DNA of 64,000 nucleotides. Origin: Waterburya sp. Its GTDB lineage: Bacteria; Cyanobacteriota; Cyanobacteriia; Cyanobacteriales; Xenococcaceae. A model generated the notes under the pieces. It saw nothing but the letters and a program-made list of their open reading frames with translations. It was not told the DNA's origin and ran no database searches. The translations under genes were made by a program, and so were the position numbers. Shown piece after piece: positions 31,239-40,422 of the stretch. The stretch spans positions 256,001-320,000 of the forward strand of contig CBDCJV010000002.1 in NCBI GenBank assembly GCA_965217895.1, read 5' to 3'. Position 1 is the stretch's first letter; each line of letters begins with the position of its first letter.

Positions 31239-31312
31239 CTGTCGTCGGCAAGAATAATTAAACTGATGTTACGCACTCATCGATCTGTAAGGCTTGGGGA
31301 CTTGGGGACTGT

Positions 31313-31403
31313 AGAAAGTAAAAAGTAAAAAGTAAGAAGTAAAAAGTAAGAAGTAACACTGCTCCCCGTCACCTCGTCACCCGCGCTCCTCGTCACCTCG
31401 TCA
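31313..31403 (+). repeat. short tandem repeats (AAAAGTA/AGAAGTA heptamers; CCTCGTCA-type octamers)
   Basis: Direct reading. Confidence 0.7.
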
Positions 31404-31435
31404 CAGCAGTTAGATTAAATACGTAACGTCAGTAA

Positions 31436-31840
31436 CTAAAGGTTAGTGGAAATGGCAGCTACGGGACAAGTAGGAATGCACTGTTCACAAACGATACAGC
31501 GCGATCGCTTGAATTCCAGTCTAAATGTCTCTGGATTTAATACCAAAGCCTGGGTAGGACATACCCCCGTACATAAACCACAGTCTACACAGCTTTTTTC
31601 ATCTATTACAATCTCGCCAGTGGCAGAAAATACATTGATGTCTCGCATTCTCATCCACTCGATCGCAGCATCAATTTGGTCGATGTCTCCCTGCAATTCA
31701 ACGACTAGTTTACCCATTTGGTTAGGGGCAACCTGAGCGCGGATAATATTGGCAGCTACATTAAAGTCTTTGGCTAAACGATAAGTAAGGGGAATTTGCA
31801 CCGCCGTTTTAGGAAAAGTTATCGTTACCCGTTTTTTCAT
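31436..31840 (-). CDS. NIL-domain 4Fe-4S ferredoxin
   Basis: NVAANIIRA; CVDCGLCTGVCP and CIVCEQCIPTCP. Confidence 0.9.
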   Translation of the reverse strand: MKKRVTITFPKTAVQIPLTYRLAKDFNVAANIIRAQVAPNQMGKLVVELQGDIDQIDAAIEWMRMRDINVFSATGEIVIDEKSCVDCGLCTGVCPTQALVLNPETFRLEFKRSRCIVCEQCIPTCPVAAISTNL

Positions 31841-31895
31841 AGAGAGTTATAGATAGAATAAGAAACGCGAATAGATAATATCTCTAAGTTTAATA

Positions 31896-32459
31896 ATGAG
31901 CGAAACACAACTAAAACCCAATACTAACAATTCTGTCAGAAATATAGTTATAGCGATCGCAGCAGTGGTCTTAAGCGTTGCTTTGTTTTTAGGTTTGCAA
32001 ACTGAAACTAGTTCTTTATCTTTAGAGTCTCAGGTGAAAAAATCTACTTCTTTAGACGTGGCTCTAAACAATAATAAACCGACCCTGACGGAGTTTTATG
32101 CAGATTGGTGTACTAGTTGTCAGGCGATGGCGACCGATTTGGGACAAATAAAACAGGCTTATGGCGATCGCGCTAATTTTGTGATGCTCAACGTAGATAA
32201 TACCAAATGGCTGCCAGAAATGCTCCGTTACCGAGTTGATGGTATTCCTCACTTTGTATTTATGGATAATGAGGGAAAAGCGATCGCCGAATCTATAGGA
32301 GAACAACCTCGCGGAATTTTAGAGGCGGATTTGGATGCTCTAATTGCTAACAATCCTATTCCTTACGCTAATAACCGAGGTCAAGTTTCGCAGGTAGAAT
32401 CAAAAGTTACGGTTACCGACAACAGCGATCCTCGCAGTCATGGTGCAGATGTTAAATAA
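31896..32459 (+). CDS. txlA: membrane-anchored thioredoxin (TxlA/HCF164-like)
   Basis: EFYADWCTSC, NVDNTKW, VDGIPHF. Confidence 0.85.
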   Translation: MSETQLKPNTNNSVRNIVIAIAAVVLSVALFLGLQTETSSLSLESQVKKSTSLDVALNNNKPTLTEFYADWCTSCQAMATDLGQIKQAYGDRANFVMLNVDNTKWLPEMLRYRVDGIPHFVFMDNEGKAIAESIGEQPRGILEADLDALIANNPIPYANNRGQVSQVESKVTVTDNSDPRSHGADVK

Positions 32460-32838
32460 CTAATAGGTAATGACCTCGTGTGCGATTTTTAATCAGAAAT
32501 AAGTTTTGAAAACGAATTGGATAAACAAAGTGGTAATTAAGTCAAAAAGCAACAGTATGTGCCAGAAGTGGGCGATTGATACGACTAGTAGATATGGGCG
32601 TAAATAGAGTAACTATTCAGATGGGATTTTCATTTTCAAATTAAAAGTTGCACACGGCACATATACTACGATAAATATAACTTCTACCTCAATCTCTCTA
32701 GATAAATACTAATAAAATTGCCAGTTAAATATCTGTCCTACGATGTAGATAGTTTTAGCGATATCGAATAATATTAATTACCTAAGCTTGTATAAGCTTG
32801 GCTAAAGAATTTGTATTTAATTGTGTGGTGTGAAAAAC

Positions 32839-33582
32839 ATGAATATTAAAACTAGTATTTTGGCAGCATTGGCTGTAGCGATAGTTCCCGCAGCAGTTCA
32901 AGCGCAAGAAACTAACGGCTATGAAAACTATAAGGTAGCCTGTGAATCTGGTGCTAATTGCAGCGATTTTAAGGTGGATTATCAGCAGCCTAACAGCAAT
33001 GACGAAATTGCTCAGTATGGATCTGAATACGGAAGAACCAGAAGAACTCGTCGCACTCGCAGTACTTTTGATAGTCAGTTGAGCAAGATCTACGTGAGAG
33101 GAAATCTTGGGGTATTTCTTCCTGGTGGTAATGCAAATACAGGTTTTGGTGGAGGCGGTTTGGTTGGCTACAACCTCACCAAGAACATTGCAGCAGAATT
33201 AGAAATTTTTGACTATTTTGGCGGCACGGATGTAGATAATCTCGATTATAACTATCTGGGCATTGTTGCCAACGGTGTGTATAAATATCCTTTTGGTACC
33301 GATTCAAAAAGTCCCTACGCTTTTGGTGGTGCGGGCATAGGTGTTGGTGTCAGCAATCTTAGTGGCAGCGTTGCCGATGCGGTTGATGCTGTAGGTGGTG
33401 ACACTAGTGGAACAGGCTTTTTGTTTCAAGGTAAAGTTGGTGCAGGCTATCCCATTACAGATAAGATCGATGCTGTTGGTCAAGTGCGGTACGTCAATAC
33501 GTCTACTGATTATGCTGTAAGCGGTGTAAGCGGTGTTGATGATTCTTTCGCTATCGATCTAGGTGCAACATATAAGTTTTAG
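32839..33582 (+). CDS. outer-membrane beta-barrel (OmpA-like/porin) protein
   Basis: Signal peptide, alternating beta strands, PYAFGGAG, C-terminal YKF. Confidence 0.8.
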   Translation: MNIKTSILAALAVAIVPAAVQAQETNGYENYKVACESGANCSDFKVDYQQPNSNDEIAQYGSEYGRTRRTRRTRSTFDSQLSKIYVRGNLGVFLPGGNANTGFGGGGLVGYNLTKNIAAELEIFDYFGGTDVDNLDYNYLGIVANGVYKYPFGTDSKSPYAFGGAGIGVGVSNLSGSVADAVDAVGGDTSGTGFLFQGKVGAGYPITDKIDAVGQVRYVNTSTDYAVSGVSGVDDSFAIDLGATYKF

Positions 33583-33624
33583 TTTGAATCACAGCTAGGT
33601 TACTAAATCTATAAATCGATCTGG

Positions 33625-33654
33625 ATGGAAGCTTGAAATCAAGCTTCCATTTTT
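33625..33654 (+). terminator. intrinsic terminator
   Basis: atggaagcttga aa tcaagcttccat tttt. Confidence 0.75.
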
Positions 33655-33678
33655 GATGTTTATTTATTGGCAATTGAA

Positions 33679-34113
33679 TTATAGATATTTCTGCACTACA
33701 TCCCAACCTGTCCAGGATACATAAGCTAACCCAACAAACAGAATAGCATTAGTAGTAATGTGAAGCGATCGCGCCCAGCTATTACGGGAATCGATCTGGT
33801 TAGCACTCCAGGCAGACAGACAAATTAGCCCAACGACAAATAATCCTGCCCATAAATGGGAAGAATGCCCAAGACTGCCATAGTAGCCTACTGTACCAAC
33901 TATACCGATCGCCAGCAGCAAAAGAACAAGAAAGACAATTATAATTCCGCTAACAAAATGTGCGTTTCTCAGCCAAGCAGGACGACCAATTTTCGTAGCA
34001 CGTCCATAAAACATCCAAGTTCCTGAAAAGAGAAGCAGAAAGTAAAAAGCGATCGCGCCTCCCATTGCCCAAGCAGCAATTTTCCACAGCCAAATAAAAG
34101 ATGGTAAATCCAA
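33679..34113 (-). CDS. DUF4079 membrane protein
   Basis: LPSFIWLWKIAAW, GHSSHL, RSLH, TGW.VVQKYL. Confidence 0.75.
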   Translation of the reverse strand: MDLPSFIWLWKIAAWAMGGAIAFYFLLLFSGTWMFYGRATKIGRPAWLRNAHFVSGIIIVFLVLLLLAIGIVGTVGYYGSLGHSSHLWAGLFVVGLICLSAWSANQIDSRNSWARSLHITTNAILFVGLAYVSWTGWDVVQKYL

Positions 34114-34234
34114 ACCAATTTATTACACAAAATTTTGCATCTATCTCTTAGTATAAACATAGGGGCCGCTAAATATAGCAACCCCACAAAATATGCTCTT
34201 TAATTTGAATCAATTTTCTAGCTTGTTAATAACT

Positions 34235-34588
34235 TTATACGGAAATGTTGAATGACGTAGAAACTTTCTGACTATTTTGGGAATTATTTTCTATTTGCTT
34301 ATCTTCTTGATTCTTTTTTTCCTTTTCATCTATTGCCTGTAAAGCAAGTCTAAGACAAGGAATAGTATCAGAAAGTATTGAGCTTGCCATCATTCCTGAA
34401 TGTATTTCTAAAATAGCCTTGATATTTGCTTCAAACACTAATCTTTGACCAGGAAAGACGACTCGTTCAAAATACCAGTTCGGTATATTAGTAATTCTAG
34501 CGATCTGAATTTGGCTAGTTGCGTTTACATAACAACATAAAATGCTGTCATTTTCATCATTTGGCAGAGGATCTAAAATTTGTGACAT
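34235..34588 (-). CDS. DUF1830 domain protein
   Basis: CCYVNAT..IQIARITNIPNWYFERVVFPGQRLVFEA; start at ATG 34588. Confidence 0.85.
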   Translation of the reverse strand: MSQILDPLPNDENDSILCCYVNATSQIQIARITNIPNWYFERVVFPGQRLVFEANIKAILEIHSGMMASSILSDTIPCLRLALQAIDEKEKKNQEDKQIENNSQNSQKVSTSFNISV

Positions 34589-35017
34589 AGCTGTTGAAGA
34601 GAGTTGTTTAAAAACGTTTTTTATTGGCTTATATAAGCTAACATTCTCCGATCCCAATTAGTTGTAAAACTAGCTACCGATGGATATTTATCTGTTCTTT
34701 GATTGGTATCTATAAAGACAGGATTGAAGATTTCTCTTTAAAAATTTTTTCTGATTTTCAAAAAATAAATAAATCTAAACATATTTTTGCAAAATTGGGC
34801 AACTAAAAATTTTGTATTTATATTTACAAAAAGCCTTTACAGCTTCAATAGAAAAATAGGGCTGATTTATAAACATTTTGCAGATTTGGTTGATCGTAGT
34901 AAATAATATCGCTAAAGTTAAGTTATATGAATAAATTATTCTCACTGAAAGCTAAAAATAGATATTTGCCGCCCATAAGCTCATAAAGTTTGTAAAAATT
35001 AATAATATAATTAAGCT

Positions 35018-36589
35018 ATGACTCAACGGATTCTCTATGTTCGTCTTCCCTGTAACCCAATTTTTCCAATTGGGGTAGTATATTTAGCCGATCACGTTCA
35101 TAAGCTGTTTCCTCAAGTTCAGCAGAAGATATTTGATTTAGGTACAGTTCCTCCCTTAGATTTTAATAATGCCTTAGATAAATGTATTGATGAATTTAAA
35201 CCATCATTATTGGTCTTTTCTTGGCGAGATATCCAGATTTACGCACCAGTAGGAGGAAGAGGCGGAAATCCTTTACAAAACGCTTTTGAACTTTACTATG
35301 CCAAAAATCCTCTGATCAAACTTAGAGGAGCGTTAGGTGGTTTAAAAGTAGCTACTGCTTATTATGGAGAATTATGGCGAAACGTAGGTTTGGTTAAACG
35401 AGGACTAAAAAGAGCCAGAAAACATACCCCAAAAGCCCGTACTATTGTTGGAGGTGGTGCAGTCAGCGTATTTTATGAGCAGTTAAAACAAGATTTGCCC
35501 AAGGGAACAATTGTTTCTGTTGGGGAAGGAGAACAGTTGCTAGAGAAAATTTTAAATAATCAGGAATTCCGCGACGAACGCTGTTATGTAGTAGGAGAGA
35601 ATAACATTAGGGACAGGCTAATTCATGAATGGCCTACTCCTATTGAAAAAAGTGCCTGCAACTACGACTATATTGCCACTATTTGGTCTGAATTTGCCTA
35701 TTATCTCCAAGAAAACGATTTTTACATTGGAGTGCAAACTAAAAGAGGTTGTCCTCATAATTGCTGCTATTGTGTCTACACAGTGGTAGAAGGTAAACAA
35801 GTAAGAATCAATCCTGCTGATGAAGTAGTCAAAGAAATGCGTCAGCTTTATGAACGAGGGATTCGCAATTTTTGGTTTACTGATGCTCAATTTATTCCCG
35901 CCAAAAAATATATTCCTGATGCCATCGAATTACTCCAGAAAATAGTTGATTCTGGAATAAAAGATATTCATTGGGCAGCATATATCAGGGCAGATAATGT
36001 AACTCCTGAACTAGCTGATTTAATGGTTAAAACAGGAATGAATTACTTTGAGATTGGTATTACCAGCGGTTCACAAGAACTTGTTCGTAAGATGCGGATG
36101 GGCTATAATCTGCGGACTGTTTTACAAAACTGTCGAGATCTCAAAACAGCAGGCTTTAACGATCTGGTTTCGGTTAACTATTCTTTCAACGTTATCGACG
36201 AAACCCAGGAAACAATTAAGCAAACTGTTGCCTATCATCGAGAGTTAGAAACAATCTTTGGTGCAGATAAAGTAGAGCCGGCAATTTTCTTTATCGGTTT
36301 ACAACCCCATACTCATTTAGAAGAATATGCCTTTGAGAAAAATATTCTTAAGCCTGGATATAATCCGATGAGCTTAATGCCTTGGACAGCCAAAAAACTG
36401 CTTTGGAATCCTGAACCATTGGGTTCTTTCTTTGGTGAAGTATGTCTTCAAGCCTGGAAGCAAAACCCCAATGACTTTGGTAGAGAAGTGATGCAAATCT
36501 TAGAAAATAAGTTAGGTAAAGCTCCTCTAGAAGAAGCGTTAACTGCTCCTGTAAAATTAGATCGGCAAAAGATCACTGCTGCTGTTTAA
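35018..36589 (+). CDS. photosystem II high-light acclimation radical SAM protein (Slr0320-like)
   Basis: RILYVRLPCNPIFPIG; RGCPHNCCYC. Confidence 0.88.
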   Translation: MTQRILYVRLPCNPIFPIGVVYLADHVHKLFPQVQQKIFDLGTVPPLDFNNALDKCIDEFKPSLLVFSWRDIQIYAPVGGRGGNPLQNAFELYYAKNPLIKLRGALGGLKVATAYYGELWRNVGLVKRGLKRARKHTPKARTIVGGGAVSVFYEQLKQDLPKGTIVSVGEGEQLLEKILNNQEFRDERCYVVGENNIRDRLIHEWPTPIEKSACNYDYIATIWSEFAYYLQENDFYIGVQTKRGCPHNCCYCVYTVVEGKQVRINPADEVVKEMRQLYERGIRNFWFTDAQFIPAKKYIPDAIELLQKIVDSGIKDIHWAAYIRADNVTPELADLMVKTGMNYFEIGITSGSQELVRKMRMGYNLRTVLQNCRDLKTAGFNDLVSVNYSFNVIDETQETIKQTVAYHRELETIFGADKVEPAIFFIGLQPHTHLEEYAFEKNILKPGYNPMSLMPWTAKKLLWNPEPLGSFFGEVCLQAWKQNPNDFGREVMQILENKLGKAPLEEALTAPVKLDRQKITAAV

Positions 36590-36661
36590 GGAACATAATA
36601 TATTTACTTAAAGGTGTATTGTATTCAATCGCGCTTTAATTTAATTAATTATTTATTTACT

Positions 36662-38035
36662 ATGCTGGAAGGTTCAATATTACAGAGATTAGACGAAGCT
36701 CATCGTCACGGCAAACGACCTTTAAACTTTGGAGTTTATTACAAAAACACTTTAGTTGCTCTATGTCATGCGCTAGAGGACTTCATTTTAGATTCAAATA
36801 GCCCACCTCTGATGGTAACAGCTTTTCAGCGTGGTAAATGGTATTTAGAAGAAGCCGATCGCTATAATGATCTGGCAGATAAATCAAATCATGTAGTCAT
36901 AATGGCAACCCCCGAAGCTGGGTTTGATAGCCATCCTACTAGCCAGAAAGAAAACGTATCCCTAATCGATCTCAAGCCAGAAGATCCCGTTGCCGAAGAG
37001 TGGCATTTGATGATTCTTTCACCTACCTATACAGCCATGGTGCTATGCCAGGAACTGTCTGATGCTGATTATGGTAATAACAAACCCCAAAAAGATTTAG
37101 AGCGAAAATTTTATGGCTTTTGGACGTTTGAACCAAAGTTAGTGCGCGAAACAGTCGAACTGGCGATCGATCATATAAGAGGCTACAATTCAGAGCTAGC
37201 TGAAATAATGACAACAAAAGTAGCTAAAATGACTGCTGAGTCGGGTACAAGACAAAGAGATGACTTAGATGCAGTGGTGTCTCAGGTAGTCAAGTATCTG
37301 CAAGACTCCAAAAAAACTCTCCATCAACCAGGGCAAGGTTCTAGCTTCAAAGGTTTTGAAGATTTGGATGAAAATATCGTGTCCAATGAGATGCAAGCCT
37401 TCTTACGCATGGCGCAGCTACTAGATACTACTGACGTTAGCAATCCGATGGCTGCATCTGAGGTGGCAGCAATGGCTGAAGCAATGGCACAATTATTGGA
37501 TCTTCCTGCTTGGCAGGCAAAACGACTTTATTTATCGGGATTGTTGCATCGCGTTGGGTTACCTGAAGTAACAAGAAGCCATAATAAGCAGTCTCAAACA
37601 CAAGCAAAAACTTCAGATCATAGTAAATTTTTGCCTAAAGCCTCAGTATTACGAGCTATGTCCCAATTAGAAGCCGTATCAGAAATACTCATCCATCAAA
37701 GGGAAGCTTGGGATGGTTCGGGGATTCCTGCGGGGCTAGCTTACGATGCTATTCCTTTAGAGTCGAGAATCTTGTGTTTATTGGCAGACTTTCAGCAAAA
37801 AATGAAGGCATACAAGCAGTATTCTGGGGATAAAAATCCTGCTGCTAAAGCTTTAGAAGATTGTCAGGCCTTAGCAGGTAAGAGATACGATCCTAAACTG
37901 TTAGATGCTTTGTCGCTTTTGGTTATGGGTATACAGCAGGGTATGACTCTTGAGACTTATCGACCTAAAATTGCTGCTGGAATGTGGTTAGTAGATTCGG
38001 AAAATGCTCGTAAAAATAAGACAACATCTTCTTGA
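36662..38035 (+). CDS. DICT sensory + HD-GYP-like domain protein
   Basis: MLEGSIL...YYKNTLVALCHALED (DICT); WDGSG.P.GL....IPLESRI. Confidence 0.85.
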   Translation: MLEGSILQRLDEAHRHGKRPLNFGVYYKNTLVALCHALEDFILDSNSPPLMVTAFQRGKWYLEEADRYNDLADKSNHVVIMATPEAGFDSHPTSQKENVSLIDLKPEDPVAEEWHLMILSPTYTAMVLCQELSDADYGNNKPQKDLERKFYGFWTFEPKLVRETVELAIDHIRGYNSELAEIMTTKVAKMTAESGTRQRDDLDAVVSQVVKYLQDSKKTLHQPGQGSSFKGFEDLDENIVSNEMQAFLRMAQLLDTTDVSNPMAASEVAAMAEAMAQLLDLPAWQAKRLYLSGLLHRVGLPEVTRSHNKQSQTQAKTSDHSKFLPKASVLRAMSQLEAVSEILIHQREAWDGSGIPAGLAYDAIPLESRILCLLADFQQKMKAYKQYSGDKNPAAKALEDCQALAGKRYDPKLLDALSLLVMGIQQGMTLETYRPKIAAGMWLVDSENARKNKTTSS

Positions 38036-38121
38036 ACAATTTAAGACTTATAGCTAAAAGCCTAAAGCTTTTAAATAAAATCCATCTTTAATCTTTAATA
38101 AATACCGAAGCAACATTTACA

Positions 38122-38772
38122 ATGACCGTAGAACAAATTCGCACAGGACAACAAAAGCACTTTCCTGGTATAGATTTAGAAGATGAAGAATTAGATAATT
38201 GTCAACTGGAAAAAATTAATTTGGCTGGGGCAAATTTAGTCGGAGTCGATTTTTCTCACTCTAATCTCAAAGGAGCAAGATTGGATGGAGCAAATCTTTT
38301 AGGAGCAAATTTTAAGTTAACAGATCTTCGAGCAAATCTTTTGGGTGCTAATTTAATGCAGGCTGATCTTAGTAATGCGGATTTGCGCGGTAGTAATTTA
38401 CGGGGAGCAAACTTAATGGGGGCAAAATTGTCTCAAGCCTCCCTTTCTGGAGCATTCTTAAGTGGAGCAAATTTAACTGGAGTTAATTTGAAAGGAGTGG
38501 ATTTGCGAGGTGCGGACTTGCGAGGGGTAAACCTTAATAGTGCTAATCTCAAAGGCGCAAACTTATCTCAAGCTGATTTACAGGGGGCGAACCTTAGTGA
38601 TACCAACCTGGAAGAAGCTGATTTAAGAGGTGCAAACTTAGCTGGGGCTGACTTATCGGGGGCTAATCTACTTTGTGCTGAATTAGAAGGTAGTAATTTA
38701 AATGGTGCTAACTTAGAGCGAGCCTGTATGTTGGGTACTGAAATATCAAGTAATTTGAAAGAAAAACGCTAG
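38122..38772 (+). CDS. pentapeptide repeat protein
   Basis: Continuous A(N/D)LxG repeats. Confidence 0.95.
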   Translation: MTVEQIRTGQQKHFPGIDLEDEELDNCQLEKINLAGANLVGVDFSHSNLKGARLDGANLLGANFKLTDLRANLLGANLMQADLSNADLRGSNLRGANLMGAKLSQASLSGAFLSGANLTGVNLKGVDLRGADLRGVNLNSANLKGANLSQADLQGANLSDTNLEEADLRGANLAGADLSGANLLCAELEGSNLNGANLERACMLGTEISSNLKEKR

Positions 38773-38928
38773 AGGTAATTGACAATTTGGAAAAGGAAAT
38801 AGAATCAACTGATATTTCCAAACCTAGTAAATCTTTGGTTCAGTTGTGTTGAGTTGTTTTTCAAGTGGGCATAACGCTTATTTATTAATCAGACCTTTAA
38901 TGTCCACTTGATTTTAATCAATCGACTA

Positions 38929-40044
38929 TTACCTAATTTCTTCTACTTTTCTTAGTTCCTCAACATATTGACCGTTGGTTAGAAAGTTAACCCTAGCTTT
39001 TAGGAATTCGCTATATCTATAAATATCGTCTAAACAATTAATTCCTTCTTTAACTCCTTGGTCATTAACGCCCATAACGAATATACTTTGATTTTTTGAA
39101 TTAAGATAAAGTCTGCAAATAGTTTGATTTACCCTTCCATCTAAATTTATGCCAAAGTAGTTCACTGTATCTTTATATTGCAATCTGTTGATATCAAAAA
39201 CTTCTCGAAGAATTGCTTTAACAATATAAAATCCTTCTAATTCCTGTTCTGTGGTCACAATTTTCTTGTCTTCGGGATCATCAATCTTAGGCTCTGCTTT
39301 TGATTTTTCTTTGGTTGAGGTGTCGTTATCATCATCCATTGCAGACTTAATTTTTTCTGCAATTATTTCATTGATAAACTCTTTTAGCGATGTTTTAGTA
39401 ATTTCAGTAAACTTTTCTACTGCGAGTGCGGTCATACTTTTAGAATAAACTTGCCTACCAAAAAATTTGACAAAATCAGGAGAGGGATTTCCTAATTGCT
39501 CTGCCATAATTCGTTTAATTTCTTTAGTAAACAAGAGGGTTTCAGCAGCATTACTCAACACTTTGGGGTCAAAACTTGTTTTGGAAAATCCTTTTAGTTC
39601 ATTTATATCTGAATCACCAAACTTGAGCATATTAAACTCAAAAAATGGTTTGGTGTCCATAACATGGTTTTTATCAATATCTGTGTAGAAACGATAAACA
39701 ATACCATTGGTCAAGATGCCAAATCTTGCTTCTGTATTTTGAAAATATTTGTGTAACTGTGCAGTATGTCTTACGTTATCTAGTTTATCGTGACAACATT
39801 TACATTCAATCAACATTATTGGTTTGCTATCTGCCAAAATTGCGTAATCTACTTTGTCATTTCTTAATACTGGAATATCAGCGGTAAACTCTGGAAACAC
39901 TTCAAAAGGATCACGAGTATCGTATCCCAAAGCTTCTATAAAAGGCATAATAAAAGAGTTTTTTGTAGCTTGCTCATTTAAAGCTCCGCCTTTTATCTTT
40001 TCAATATTTTGAGCTATTGTTTTTATTTGATCTACAAAGTCCAT
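38929..40044 (-). CDS. stand-alone type I restriction HsdR-N-like PD-(D/E)xK endonuclease protein
   Basis: EQATK..FIMPF..ALGYD..DP.EV.PEF, VDYAI, IECK, QL.KYF, ILTNG. Confidence 0.85.
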   Translation of the reverse strand: MDFVDQIKTIAQNIEKIKGGALNEQATKNSFIMPFIEALGYDTRDPFEVFPEFTADIPVLRNDKVDYAILADSKPIMLIECKCCHDKLDNVRHTAQLHKYFQNTEARFGILTNGIVYRFYTDIDKNHVMDTKPFFEFNMLKFGDSDINELKGFSKTSFDPKVLSNAAETLLFTKEIKRIMAEQLGNPSPDFVKFFGRQVYSKSMTALAVEKFTEITKTSLKEFINEIIAEKIKSAMDDDNDTSTKEKSKAEPKIDDPEDKKIVTTEQELEGFYIVKAILREVFDINRLQYKDTVNYFGINLDGRVNQTICRLYLNSKNQSIFVMGVNDQGVKEGINCLDDIYRYSEFLKARVNFLTNGQYVEELRKVEEIR

Positions 40045-40130
40045 AAAATTGACCTACACAAAATATTTTAATTCATAAGCCAATTTTCTCAAAAAATAAA
40101 ACTTGAGGCAGGATCTCGATCACTTTATCG

Positions 40131-40169
40131 ACAGATTTTATTTTTCTTAGTACATATTTGAGCGATCGC
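40131..40169 (+). repeat. 39-bp diverged copy of dnaB internal segment 40609-40647
   Basis: 36/39 identity, ends at GCGATCGC. Confidence 0.85.
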
Positions 40170-40422
40170 CATATTCCACGTTTTAGAAGGGTACGCTATA
40201 CGGTACATGATAAAATCCATTTCCATGAAACCATTTACTGTCAGAGAAGCAGAAAATATAGTTCGAGTCTTAAAAATGGGTCGTCATTACGAGTATTTGT
40301 CAGCTAGGATGTCTATATCTAACTAGCAATCGCTGTGTTTGCTCCCCCAACATTTTCTTAAATTACTTCAAAAAAGTAGGATATTTGTTCTATAGTGATG
40401 CTGTAAGAATCCAAAGTGATTA

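Noticed and set aside
33601..33612. TACTAAATC as a third IS630-MITE end
   Set aside because: No partner GATTTAG end or shared internal sequence nearby.
38868..38930. Additional attC sites (GCATAAC at ~38869, GTTAAGC at ~25786, GTTATGA at ~46645)
   Set aside because: Only a 7-bp core, with no paired L boxes or complementary R box.
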